Virus record (IMG/VR): IMGVR_UViG_3300036398_003808
DNA from: an uncultured virus (IMG/VR IMGVR_UViG_3300036398_003808)
Lineage: Duplodnaviria > Heunggongvirae > Uroviricota > Caudoviricetes
Direction: 5' to 3' (one strand)
Length of the DNA: 20,000 nucleotides
The notes beneath the pieces were generated by a model. The model did no database searches. It had not been told where the DNA came from and worked only from the letters and a program-made list of their open reading frames with translations. Position numbers and translations under genes: made by a program. Positions 1 through 8,767 of this stretch are shown here, one piece after another (the first letter of the stretch is position 1; each line of letters starts with the position of its first letter).

Positions 1-305
1 TCTGGCTTGTCCTTCCTGGCTGCGGTCTTCACCCGGACATTCAGGTGCACCCATTCGTCGATGTGTTCGGTGCCGACGAACACGTAGGGCGACAGCGCGC
101 GGATCGCTTTGGCGTGCGCGCGCATGCTGTCGATGATTTCCTGTGCGGGTTCATCGTCGCCGGCGCTGCGGCGGTCAGACGCCGTCAGCAGGATGGTTCC
201 GTCGCTTTCGACTTCTTCACTGTCGATGCCGAGCCGCTTCAGGTAGGCACGCACCTGCTCGGCGACTTTCTGCTGCGTTTTGGTCGGTTTGATTTCAGTT
301 TTCAT
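1..305 (-). CDS. Hypothetical protein, runs off the left edge (MKTEIKPTKTQQKVAEQVRAYLKRLG...)
   Basis: ATG at 305, 1 nt after the methyltransferase TAG stop. Frame open to position 1 with GC-rich third codon positions. Translated by hand; not in the ORF track. Confidence 0.75.
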   Translation of the reverse strand, partial: MKTEIKPTKTQQKVAEQVRAYLKRLGIDSEEVESDGTILLTASDRRSAGDDEPAQEIIDSMRAHAKAIRALSPYVFVGTEHIDEWVHLNVRVKTAARKDKP

Positions 306-306
306 G

Positions 307-2406
307 CTATGCTGCTTCGTAGATAGGCTTTACTTTGTCCCACACGTTGGAGTCCTGCGAATACCACGCCAAGCCGATGGCTCGAGACACGCCGCGGCTG
401 ACGCTGTTTCCGATGGCCCTAATGATCTCGCTCTTGTTGCAGTTTGCCCATGTCATTGAATCGGGAAAACCCATCGCGCGCTGCAGCTCGAGTGGCGTCA
501 GCATGCGATAGAACAGGTCGATCTTGATCAGCTTCCCGTCCAGTTCGATCACCGGGTAGACCAGGGCGTGCCCGGCCTTGGTGCGCACGGTCGGCAGCGG
601 CTCGTCGATCGACTTCCCCTCCGAGCCGTTGCTGTAGTAGACGTAGATCCACGGCTTGGCGTCGACCTTGCCCCGGCGCTTCAGCTCCGTCACCAGATGG
701 TTGAGGAACGTGGTGGCGCGCGAGGTGTCCACGCCCTTCTCGCTGCACGCGTGAAGGAACCGGTCGGACACCACCTCGAGCTCGACCTCGATGCAGGTCT
801 GGTTCGCCTTGGTCACGATTGTGCGGACCGGGGCGTCGACCGGGTAGGTCCCGTCGTTGCCCCTGGCGCCGCCTGTCTGGTCGATGGCGAACATGAACGC
901 CTCGGCAATGGCCTGGTTGCAGCCGCCAGCCGTGGAGGTCCGCAGCGGGGAGTCCACGTCCTTGCATACGCCGGTGCCGCGCTGGTTGTCCAGCGTGGCG
1001 ATCTCAGGTTGCATCACGTAGTGCCCCTGGGATGCTGTGAGCGCCGTCAGGGGGCTGTCGATGCTCTGGGCGGTGCTCTGGCCCTTCAGCTGAACGATCG
1101 CCGGCTCCACGAGGCCCTCGCCGGTCATCGTGGTGGTCACAGTGCTGACCGGCGAGTCGACGCCCTTCACCCAGTCCTTTTTGCTGCCGGCATGGTGCGG
1201 GATGATGTAGGCCTCTGACCTCACGACGCCGCCGGCCCCGTGGCTCGTGACCGTGGGCACCGGGTCGTCCACGCTGTGCGTCCTGGGCTCTTGGCCTGGG
1301 GCTTCGCCGAAGTTCGGCGTGATGAATTCCCCTTCGGCCTTCACCAGTCCGCGCTCACCCTTCGCGGTAAACGTCAGCAGCGGCTGGTCCACGTCGTGCA
1401 CACGACGATCACAGTCCGACGCCTTCGGGCTGCCATGAGCCGAGCTGATCAGGAACTCGCGCAGGCCGTATTTCACCAACCCGATGGCCAGGCGGCGGAA
1501 CGTATTGTCAGCGAGGTTTTTGTCCCGCGTAAACACGCTCAGGCCTTTAATCGCCCACTGAATGATGCCCCGCGCGGTGCGCCAGTCCATCGGACGCCCG
1601 TGCCCGGTGCCGCGCTCCCCGGCGTAGGGGTCCGGCCAGACGATCTTCTTGCCTGAATCCTTGCGGACGAAGTAGACGAACAGCCTCTGGCGGATGGTGG
1701 GGTCACCGTAGTCAGCGGACTTGAGGACGCGGTAGTCGGACTCGTATCCCAGCGCCTGCATCTCGGCGATCCATGCCTGGAAGTATTCGCCGCGGCGCTC
1801 CTTGTCCGGCGCCTCGTAGGGTTGGTAGCCGGCAGCCTTCATGCGCTTGCCCCAGTCTGTCTCGGTCTCTTTCGCCCGTCGGCGCTCTTTTCTCGGCAGT
1901 TTCACTGGTCTGCCCTTCCGAGCCCACATGAGTTCGTCCACGATTGGCGGACCCGCTTTTTCCGGCCAACGCTTCTGGGTCACAGGGCCCCACGAAACGA
2001 ATTCCCTAACATTTTCCACGATTACGGCTTCAGGTCGCAGATGCTTCACCCAGTCGGTGACCGAGTGCGCGTGGCTGCGGTCCTGCTCGTTGACGCAGCT
2101 GGCCCCGCGCGCGACGCTGAAGAACGTGCATTGCGGCGACGCCCAGAGCAGGCTGCAGTAGGTGCCGACCGGGAACACAGCGGTAGGGTCCAACGTGAAC
2201 AGATCCTCCGCCAGATGCCTGTGCTCCGGGTGGTTCTCTTGGTGGATGAGGATCGCCTTATCCCAGTGGTTAACGAACGTGCCGCTCACCTTGCGTCCCA
2301 TCAGATCTGTGGCGTCCAGCAGTCCACCTCCGGACCCGCCAGCCCCGCAAAAGAGATCCACCATATTATCCTCTCGCTCATCGAGATACACTAGATTGTC
2401 GATCAT
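307..2406 (-). CDS. dcm: DNA (cytosine-5) methyltransferase, phage type with long repeat-containing variable region
   Basis: C5-MTase motifs in order: I DLFCGAGG, IV LWASPQC (catalytic Cys), VI IVENVREF, VIII DYGDPTIRQRLF, IX RMLTPLELQRAMGFP, X IGNSVS. Start moved to ATG 2406 (GGAGGT upstream, ATGA overlap with the previous stop). Confidence 0.93.
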   Translation of the reverse strand: MIDNLVYLDEREDNMVDLFCGAGGSGGGLLDATDLMGRKVSGTFVNHWDKAILIHQENHPEHRHLAEDLFTLDPTAVFPVGTYCSLLWASPQCTFFSVARGASCVNEQDRSHAHSVTDWVKHLRPEAVIVENVREFVSWGPVTQKRWPEKAGPPIVDELMWARKGRPVKLPRKERRRAKETETDWGKRMKAAGYQPYEAPDKERRGEYFQAWIAEMQALGYESDYRVLKSADYGDPTIRQRLFVYFVRKDSGKKIVWPDPYAGERGTGHGRPMDWRTARGIIQWAIKGLSVFTRDKNLADNTFRRLAIGLVKYGLREFLISSAHGSPKASDCDRRVHDVDQPLLTFTAKGERGLVKAEGEFITPNFGEAPGQEPRTHSVDDPVPTVTSHGAGGVVRSEAYIIPHHAGSKKDWVKGVDSPVSTVTTTMTGEGLVEPAIVQLKGQSTAQSIDSPLTALTASQGHYVMQPEIATLDNQRGTGVCKDVDSPLRTSTAGGCNQAIAEAFMFAIDQTGGARGNDGTYPVDAPVRTIVTKANQTCIEVELEVVSDRFLHACSEKGVDTSRATTFLNHLVTELKRRGKVDAKPWIYVYYSNGSEGKSIDEPLPTVRTKAGHALVYPVIELDGKLIKIDLFYRMLTPLELQRAMGFPDSMTWANCNKSEIIRAIGNSVSRGVSRAIGLAWYSQDSNVWDKVKPIYEAA

Positions 2407-2663
2407 TTCGACCTCCTGCGCGCTACTCGCAAGGCTGGCAGGAGTCTGCCGTTCGCAGCACTCCAGCGCTTGCATGTATAATCCATTGCGCGGTCATGCT
2501 GCACGGACTCGGCGTCAGTAGTGCCCGCACAAGGGCAACCTCGGTCGTCCTTGTAGCTGAACGCGGTCGCCGGTTTACCGTCATACGGCTTCCAGCTGCG
2601 ACCAGTCCACATGTGAATATCCGTCGCATCCTTCGGCGGTCTGCAGAGCTTTCCTTTCTTCAC
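2403..2663 (-). CDS. Hypothetical protein, 86 aa (MKKGKLCRPPKDATDIHMWTG...)
   Basis: 3' part of ORF 2403..3158. GTG 2663 overlaps the upstream TGA and its TGA overlaps the MTase ATG, so it fills the gap exactly. Confidence 0.65.
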   Translation of the reverse strand: MKKGKLCRPPKDATDIHMWTGRSWKPYDGKPATAFSYKDDRGCPCAGTTDAESVQHDRAMDYTCKRWSAANGRLLPALRVARRRSK

Positions 2664-2932
2664 GGCTTCACCCCCATCCGCCGCAGGTGCATCTCCGCGT
2701 CCATCTTGGCACGCTCCCAGTCTGCCCACGCGTCTGGGTAGCCGGTCTTGTCGAAGCACTCGTTCGCGTAGTTGACCTCCTCGATGAGGGCTTTCGACAC
2801 GGTGATGAGAGCGTCGTGCGAGTCGTCCATGCGTCCGCCGCGGGCCGACCGCAGGGCAGCATCGAACTTGTTCTTCTTGGTGGTCAGCCGGGTCTTGAGG
2901 CGGCGATACTGCGACTGGTCGAAGTCGCTCAT
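2660..2932 (-). CDS. Hypothetical helical protein, 90 aa; probable paralog of 2929..3192
   Basis: Overlapping start/stop at both ends; F-x-x-TGYP...W-E...AE...R-x-x-G motif shared with its neighbour. Confidence 0.8.
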   Translation of the reverse strand: MSDFDQSQYRRLKTRLTTKKNKFDAALRSARGGRMDDSHDALITVSKALIEEVNYANECFDKTGYPDAWADWERAKMDAEMHLRRMGVKP

Positions 2933-3192
2933 ACGGTTGCCCCCAGGCTGCGCATTTGCTGCTCCGCCGTCGCCCGGCCCGTCTCCCAGCGTTCCAACTT
3001 CTCGGACGTCGGGTAGCCGGTCTCGGCGAAGGCCTCCACTGCCCGCCAGAACGTGCGAATGAACTCTCGGGCGGTCCGTATGACGGCACGCACGGTCGCC
3101 GCGCTCCGGCTGACTGTAGTCTGATGCACAGCTTGGAGGAGCTGCGCGTGCGATGCATTGAGACGGGATTCGATCTGCTTGTGCTTTTTCAT
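2929..3192 (-). CDS. Hypothetical helical protein, 87 aa; probable paralog of 2660..2932
   Basis: ATG preceded by an (AACC)n leader; ATGA overlap with the next gene; FAETGYP motif. Confidence 0.8.
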   Translation of the reverse strand: MKKHKQIESRLNASHAQLLQAVHQTTVSRSAATVRAVIRTAREFIRTFWRAVEAFAETGYPTSEKLERWETGRATAEQQMRSLGATV

Positions 3193-3229
3193 GGTTGGTT
3201 GGTTGGTTGGTTGGTTAGTTGGCTTGGTT
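3193..3229. repeat. (GGTT)6 plus degenerate copies; (AACC)n on the coding strand directly before ATG 3192
   Basis: Six perfect GGTT units at 3193-3216, then AGTT GGCT TGGTT. Confidence 0.95.
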
Positions 3230-3250
3230 CCTCTTTGGTATTCATACCGG

Positions 3251-3481
3251 TCACGCGACCTCTTTCACGTAGACATTGGCGTGCTCGGCCGGGCATTGCA
3301 CCACGAAGGTCGACGGCACCGCCTGTCTGAACTTCTCGGGCCACACGGACGGCATCCTTACCCACTCGTCCCGCTTCTTCGGCGAGTTAAAGTGGACTAC
3401 CTCCGTCCGCATTCCGCCGCTGGTGTAGTAGCAGTCGCTCCCGAAAGGCGACTCGTAGCACCTGATGGCGTAGTATTTCAT
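3251..3481 (-). CDS. Hypothetical protein, 76 aa (MKYYAIRCYESPFG...)
   Basis: ATG 3481 lies 4 nt after the upstream TAG; this start avoids the overlap implied by the longer ORF call. Confidence 0.7.
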   Translation of the reverse strand: MKYYAIRCYESPFGSDCYYTSGGMRTEVVHFNSPKKRDEWVRMPSVWPEKFRQAVPSTFVVQCPAEHANVYVKEVA

Positions 3482-3485
3482 ACGC

Positions 3486-4073
3486 CTAGTTTGCTGGGTC
3501 CTCTTTGTCCGGATACAGTCCGCGCTTCTCGTCTCGTCGCTGTGTTTCGGCATCCGCCGCGCGCCGGTCTGCCACATCGCGCTCGGCCTCAGCGCGGTCC
3601 GTATAGACGATCCCTCGGCAGTCGCCCTGCGTGGTCATGTAGGCCAGTTCGTTCTGCGCCGCGTCCACGCTTGTGAACGTCTCGATCACGCCGGTGCCGG
3701 CCCACACAACGTAGGCGCTCGGCTCCTCCGGATCTTCGGACAGCACGGTGTCGTAGTATTCGGTGGCATCCCACGCCAGGCCCTCCATGGACAGGAGCTT
3801 CACACCGTGCCTGCGCAAGATGGTCACAAACTCCTCGTCGTTCTGCGGCTGTGTGAGGAGCAGGTCGCCGATGTTGAGATCCTCTCTGGACGCCTCCCAG
3901 ACCTCCCGCCCGGCTTGGGTGTCGTCGACCCACTCGGTAATCCCGCGCTTGAACATCTCCATCGCGTCCGTGCTGGAGGCAGTCTCATCGTCGGTCTCCA
4001 GGATAAGCACAGCGGCGTTCGTCATGCCTGACGTCCCCTCGTGCCTGGTGAACAGAATCGTGTGCTTCTTCAT
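3486..4073 (-). CDS. Hypothetical acidic protein, 195 aa
   Basis: ATGA overlap with the upstream gene; coding-like codon usage. Confidence 0.8.
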   Translation of the reverse strand: MKKHTILFTRHEGTSGMTNAAVLILETDDETASSTDAMEMFKRGITEWVDDTQAGREVWEASREDLNIGDLLLTQPQNDEEFVTILRRHGVKLLSMEGLAWDATEYYDTVLSEDPEEPSAYVVWAGTGVIETFTSVDAAQNELAYMTTQGDCRGIVYTDRAEAERDVADRRAADAETQRRDEKRGLYPDKEDPAN

Positions 4074-4393
4074 GATTTGTTCGGTTTCGGCAGCTTCTGC
4101 AGCAGCACATCAGACGCCGCCGCGAGCCTTGCCATCTGGCCCATAGTCCTCGCATTGGCGAAGCCCCGGAGAAGTCGCAGCATCTTCGGGATCGCCAGGA
4201 TCAGCTTGATGTTCGCGCGGTCCTCGTTCGTCATGACGCGCTCGTCCATGTTTCCATCCGCCCGCCCGGCCGCCACATGGGCGGCGCACACGTCCAGCTT
4301 GACGTTACCGATGTCCACGCCGGTCAGATTGCCGTCGTCGTCGCACACCTCGCCAGCCTTCCATGGGAACGGAGTGTGTCCGGAGCGGCTCAT
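4070..4393 (-). CDS. Phage hypothetical protein of the HTPGPW...ANARLIAAAP type, 107 aa
   Basis: HTPFPWKA near the N-terminus and ANIKLILAIPKML resemble a common small phage protein pattern. GAGGAGG upstream of ATG 4393; ATGA overlap. Confidence 0.75.
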   Translation of the reverse strand: MSRSGHTPFPWKAGEVCDDDGNLTGVDIGNVKLDVCAAHVAAGRADGNMDERVMTNEDRANIKLILAIPKMLRLLRGFANARTMGQMARLAAASDVLLQKLPKPNKS

Positions 4394-5502
4394 TTCGAGT
4401 CCTCCTCGGCCGGGTGCAGATCCACGGTGATGCGGCCCTGGTCGTCGCACACGTATGCCGTGCGTCCGTCGTCGTGCCGATACCAGTGTTCGGCGCCCAC
4501 GCCGGTCGAGGGGCCGTCAGTCGGCGTCCACTCATCCGAGTTGGTGCCCGTTTCCGTGCACAACTTCCGCATGTGCGCGGGCAGACTCTCGTAGTCGCCC
4601 TGCGCGTCGTCATCCTCCTCCTCGTCGCCGATGAACACGACTCGCAGCTCGGCAACGCGGCGGCCCCAAGCTTTGTCTTCCACATACCTTGCGGTCACTG
4701 GGTAGACTCCGTCCCCGAATCCAGTGCGGGCGACCACGCCCGCTCCGGCGTGCCCCTTCGTGTGGTTCAACTGCCCTCCCTGGAGCTTGGGATCGTCGGT
4801 CGCAGCGCAGCTGCCAGAGTAGGAGAACTCACCCGGGTTTTTGTGGACTGCTGGTATCGCGTAAACGACGCATTCCCCACCCATCTGGTTCATCGTCTTG
4901 CCATACTTTTCGATCACGATATCGTAGGCGGCGAACCCGATCGCGTCCTTCTGCGGAGCGTCCCCGTGCAGCGTGCAGTAGAGGATGGTGCCGTCCTTGT
5001 GCCGGTAAGCCGGCGCTACCGTTCTCGTTTCCGCATCTGCTTTCTTCCACTGGTTCTCGATGTAGCACGGGTCACAGAGCATGAGCTGCCCGGAGTCCAC
5101 GTCTACCTCTCCTAACTCCAGCCACTCCCCGTCCTTCAGTGGCGGTGGTGTGTCGATGATCATCTCGTTGTCGCACTCCTCGCTGCTGACGAACTCGATG
5201 AAGCTCAGCGGCGTCCAGCCTTCGCTCTCGATTCGTTCCAGGTTGTCGTTGACATACTTGGTGTATGCCTGGGTGGCCGTCATGCGCACCGGCACGACAC
5301 GCACGGACAGATTGTCCGTGACCCACTCCAGCGTCTGGCTTACGCCATTCGCGTCCAGGTAATGTCCCTGACCGTAGTGACGATGCAGGAACCTTGCGGC
5401 CGCGCAGACCAGTTCGTCCAGCGTGGGATACGGATACGGGAATAGCGGACGGTTGTCAGGCCCGATGAGTAGGTAGCCCTCCGGCTTCGATTGTTTATGC
5501 AT
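4390..5502 (-). CDS. Hypothetical protein with DUF4241-like domain, 370 aa
   Basis: LGEVDVDSGQLMLCDPCY and GVVARTGFGDGVYPVTA match remembered DUF4241-like signatures; extra N- and C-terminal modules. Confidence 0.75.
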   Translation of the reverse strand: MHKQSKPEGYLLIGPDNRPLFPYPYPTLDELVCAAARFLHRHYGQGHYLDANGVSQTLEWVTDNLSVRVVPVRMTATQAYTKYVNDNLERIESEGWTPLSFIEFVSSEECDNEMIIDTPPPLKDGEWLELGEVDVDSGQLMLCDPCYIENQWKKADAETRTVAPAYRHKDGTILYCTLHGDAPQKDAIGFAAYDIVIEKYGKTMNQMGGECVVYAIPAVHKNPGEFSYSGSCAATDDPKLQGGQLNHTKGHAGAGVVARTGFGDGVYPVTARYVEDKAWGRRVAELRVVFIGDEEEDDDAQGDYESLPAHMRKLCTETGTNSDEWTPTDGPSTGVGAEHWYRHDDGRTAYVCDDQGRITVDLHPAEEDSK

Positions 5503-5505
5503 GTT

Positions 5506-6033
5506 TTATTGGTTGAGTGCATACCGCGGGTGGAAGATGCCTTCCAACTTGCCGGTGTTCCTATTGAGGAAGCTGCGGATCCCGATCATGTCGTGAGTGA
5601 ACTCATCGGCGCTGGCTGCCAGCAGCTCCGCCAGCATAAGCGGGCAGCCGTGATTGTGGCAGAGGACGATGTCCGTCACCCACTGCTGCTCATCCTCGGT
5701 GCACGGCAGAATACTGCGCGTATGTATACCCAGACTCAGCGTATGTATACCCAGACTCATTGCGCGTTGAGCGACGCGTAGGATGAGATAACCCTCGTAG
5801 GCGCTGGTTCTGAGGTTTAGTTCAGTCTTCTCCCGTATGGGCTCGACGCTTTGGATCAGCGCCTCGTATGTCACGTCCTCCGGAAACTGATTGTAGTCAG
5901 TGTTCCTGGCCTTCTCCCTGGCCGCGTCCCTTGCCCTTGCTGCCTCTCCGGAGACTTCTCCGTCCATCACGACGTCGAATGTGGCCTCGCGGATGGAAAG
6001 TCGGCGAACGCCGATGTGGTATTTGTGTTTCAT
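5506..6033 (-). CDS. Hypothetical protein with C-terminal DUF6874-like domain, 175 aa
   Basis: C-terminus CPLMLAELLAASADEFTHDMIGIRSFLNRNTGKLEGIFHPRYA resembles DUF6874. Start at ATG 6033 (ATGA overlap). Confidence 0.72.
   Translation of the reverse strand: MKHKYHIGVRRLSIREATFDVVMDGEVSGEAARARDAAREKARNTDYNQFPEDVTYEALIQSVEPIREKTELNLRTSAYEGYLILRVAQRAMSLGIHTLSLGIHTRSILPCTEDEQQWVTDIVLCHNHGCPLMLAELLAASADEFTHDMIGIRSFLNRNTGKLEGIFHPRYALNQ
5718..5759. repeat. Perfect 21-bp tandem duplication (GCGTATGTATACCCAGACTCA x2)
   Basis: Copies at 5718-5738 and 5739-5759; in frame, giving SLGIHTL-SLGIHTR. Confidence 0.97.
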
Positions 6034-6275
6034 GATTCTGTGGTTTCTGCTTTGTGTTGCCACCATCCGCGATACTCCACCCCATCGGGCGGGTCGGTGT
6101 CGTCCATCCGGATGTGATCGTTCAGCTCGCCCTCGCGGTAACCCTGCTTTACCATTTCCGCGATTCTGTTCTGCGCCGTCTCCTCCAGCGCGTCGCAATG
6201 CTTGGTATCGATCGACTGTCCGCCCGGGCGCCACCAGCGAAAGGTGTAGGTGTGCTTTCCAGTGAACTCTTTCAC
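6030..6275 (-). CDS. Phage hypothetical protein, 81 aa (GYREGEL...EYRGWW)
   Basis: GTGA overlap at the start and ATGA overlap at the end; coding-like composition. Confidence 0.78.
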   Translation of the reverse strand: MKEFTGKHTYTFRWWRPGGQSIDTKHCDALEETAQNRIAEMVKQGYREGELNDHIRMDDTDPPDGVEYRGWWQHKAETTES

Positions 6276-7123
6276 GCCATCAGCGACATCTTCCCGAGCG
6301 CCTCCTCCATGTTGAAGTCGCGCCCGTCGAAGTGCAGGTCGCGCTCGGCCGGCAGCTTAAACCGGGGACCACGGATGGTCTCCAGTTCCTTGAGGCTCAC
6401 CGTGCCATACTCGACGCATCCGAGGCCGAGGTCGCAGACAGCCCACAACGTGTCTCCGTCGTCCTCGATGCTGCACAGCAGCCACGTCGCCGAGCCCTCC
6501 GGCAGGAAGATCTTGTAGATCGGCTGCGGCTCCTTGCCGACGGCCGCACGCAGCTTCGCCTTCATCGCATCGGTCAGCAGCGACTTGCGCTCCGGTTCTT
6601 TCGGCGCCGCGCGCTCCATCTCCACGGGCTGCCCCAGTGCCGTCAGCAGCTTCTTCTTGAAGTCGTGGTCGGCAATCGCCCGTGTGTCCCTGACGCTGTC
6701 CTTCTTCTCGACGAGCAGCGTCAGGGTGTGACTCCACCCCAGCGTATGCAGCACCAAGTGCTTCTTGAGGTAGTCGATCAGCGCATCGGTGCCCTCCGCG
6801 TTGTAGTCGATGAAGCGTCCGCCCTTGCCGTCCATGACGAACGACAGGCATCCGCCTTCGGCGCGCGCGTGGGACTCGAAGATGGGGCGCGACTCCTCGT
6901 GGCCGCGCAGCACGATGGCGCCGGCCCTCAGGACTCCCTCCAGTCCGTAGATCTTGCGACCGCGCGGCTCGGAGTAGCACAGCTTCTCGCCTTGCGACGT
7001 CTCAAGCCAGCCTTTGGACACGATGGGTTTGCGGACGTCGCAACCCATCATGCCGCCACCGACGACCAGCAGGGTGAATTTGGACTTTGGCTTGGATAGG
7101 ATTTCGATTGCAGGATTTCTCAT
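6272..7123 (-). CDS. DUF2958-domain protein with long N-terminal extension, 283 aa
   Basis: C-terminal KIFLPEGSATWLLCSIEDDGDTLWAVCDLGLGCVEYGTVSLKELETIRGPRFKLPAERDLHF is typical of DUF2958. ATG 7123 overlaps the upstream TGA. Confidence 0.85.
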   Translation of the reverse strand: MRNPAIEILSKPKSKFTLLVVGGGMMGCDVRKPIVSKGWLETSQGEKLCYSEPRGRKIYGLEGVLRAGAIVLRGHEESRPIFESHARAEGGCLSFVMDGKGGRFIDYNAEGTDALIDYLKKHLVLHTLGWSHTLTLLVEKKDSVRDTRAIADHDFKKKLLTALGQPVEMERAAPKEPERKSLLTDAMKAKLRAAVGKEPQPIYKIFLPEGSATWLLCSIEDDGDTLWAVCDLGLGCVEYGTVSLKELETIRGPRFKLPAERDLHFDGRDFNMEEALGKMSLMA

Positions 7124-7398
7124 GGGATTTTGATGAATAGTGTTTTTAGATGCTCCTCGGTGCGTCGGAACGGGTCCGACAGGTCTCCTTCGTCTGACTG
7201 CACCAAGCACCGTTTGCCTTTGTAGGTGCAGAACACCGGATTGAAGTTGCCGATCTGCTCAGCGCGCAGCACGCGCTTGATCGTCTCCACCTTCTCGTGG
7301 TGTCCGTAGTTGCCGGTGATGGCGCCCATGGATTCGCTGCCGTAATCCGTCTGGCCGGGCAGGTAGCGTCGGACCTCGATGGTGTGTTTCTTCTTCAT
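7120..7398 (-). CDS. Hypothetical protein, 92 aa
   Basis: ATG 7398, ATGA overlaps at both ends. Confidence 0.78.
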   Translation of the reverse strand: MKKKHTIEVRRYLPGQTDYGSESMGAITGNYGHHEKVETIKRVLRAEQIGNFNPVFCTYKGKRCLVQSDEGDLSDPFRRTEEHLKTLFIKIP

Positions 7399-8006
7399 GC
7401 CAGATTGCTGACCCACACCAGCACCTCCTCGTTCCAGCCGTATTTTTCAGCCACTAGGATCTCCAGATACCTCCAGATTTCTTCCGGGATACCGGGGCGG
7501 TCGGGAATCGACGGGTAGTCCGAACCTTCGCCTTGGCAGAAGGTGAAGAACACGTCCGAAAACTCGTTCGGCTCCTCGCCCTGGTGCCACGTCGCCGTGC
7601 CCTTGTGCGTGAGCCATCGGACGAACTCCGGATTCTCGAACCAGGCCGGCGCGTTGATGCGCAGCAGTTCCATGGAGCCGCTGTAGGAGTCGACCTTGAG
7701 CGCCTCGTCGTCGCACGACTTGTAGCGAGCCAGTCTGCGCGCGAGCGCCAGTAGAGCCGGCGCGTCGCTTTCGAGGCCCGCAGAATCCGGTATCGTGTCG
7801 AACATCTGCAGACCAAACGCCGGCAGTAGATCGAGTATATCCGTGAATGCCTGCGTCACACACAGGTAGCGCGCGAGCTGGCGCGGATCATCCATGGGCG
7901 ACGCCAACGGCGACCTCTGTATGGCGTCCTCGATGATCGTCGACACCTCGGGCGACACCTGCGCCCATATCTCGTCGAACTCCTGCGGAGTGAGTAGTGC
8001 GCTCAT
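7395..8006 (-). CDS. Hypothetical protein, 203 aa
   Basis: ATGA overlaps at both ends; natural amino-acid composition. Confidence 0.8.
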   Translation of the reverse strand: MSALLTPQEFDEIWAQVSPEVSTIIEDAIQRSPLASPMDDPRQLARYLCVTQAFTDILDLLPAFGLQMFDTIPDSAGLESDAPALLALARRLARYKSCDDEALKVDSYSGSMELLRINAPAWFENPEFVRWLTHKGTATWHQGEEPNEFSDVFFTFCQGEGSDYPSIPDRPGIPEEIWRYLEILVAEKYGWNEEVLVWVSNLA

Positions 8007-8767
8007 ACGAGTTCAAGCCATCCCGGCTCGGGTATCTGACCGCCCCACGTCCCGCCGATGACGTGCGAGAAGAGCGCGTCATTGCATATCCAATTGCCGT
8101 CCGCGTCCAGCCACTTGACCGCCGGTACGCCGTCGCCGTGGGTCATCGAACTGCCCGCGCATGTCAGGATACGTCCGACATCGAGGTGCTCGTGGTGTCC
8201 CTGGCTTGCGTATGGCGCTATCGGCTTCATGCCGCTGATGTAAGCGCCTTTCTTGATCACGCGGAACTTCGCACCTTTGATGAACAGATCGCGGTAAGCT
8301 TGCAACTCCATTGGTTCAGCTTTTCGGTTGGTCTCGTCCTTCATCGCGCCGCACGCGAGGCGGTTGATCAGTTCGCGGCTTACCGAGCTTCCAGGCCAGT
8401 CGGTGTCGTAGCGCTTCTGTACCGCCTGCAGGAAATCCTCCGGCCCGCTGAACTCAGGCGCGAAGTCGATGGCGTCCACGTAGCGCAGGTCGACCCGCGC
8501 TCCAGTGGTCCGCGGGTCGCGATCCGGAGGCGGAACGAACCCGGGCGGATCTCCGATGTTGAACTGGCTGTCAAACAGATGGTCGGTCTCCACCTCCACC
8601 CATTTGCCGGCGGCGAAGTCCATGACGGCGAACCAGCCCTGCATCGTCGGCTGCTGCCGGCTCTGCGCGGCGAAGGACTTGTAGTCCGCGCCAGTCTTCA
8701 GCCCTCGCCCTTTCGCCATGCTTGCCGCGTAGCTGTCGTCAATGTCCTCGGTGATCTTAATTCGCAT
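8003..8767 (-). CDS. Hypothetical protein, 254 aa (MRIKITEDIDD...)
   Basis: ATG 8767 overlaps the end of the upstream gene by 11 nt; the extension to 8890 looks like a shadow frame. Confidence 0.78.
   Translation of the reverse strand: MRIKITEDIDDSYAASMAKGRGLKTGADYKSFAAQSRQQPTMQGWFAVMDFAAGKWVEVETDHLFDSQFNIGDPPGFVPPPDRDPRTTGARVDLRYVDAIDFAPEFSGPEDFLQAVQKRYDTDWPGSSVSRELINRLACGAMKDETNRKAEPMELQAYRDLFIKGAKFRVIKKGAYISGMKPIAPYASQGHHEHLDVGRILTCAGSSMTHGDGVPAVKWLDADGNWICNDALFSHVIGGTWGGQIPEPGWLELV

Noticed and set aside
307..3192. Complete restriction-modification system
   Set aside because: No recognisable endonuclease or Vsr gene next to the methyltransferase within the window; treated as an orphan, though the truncated gene at 1..305 is uncharacterised.
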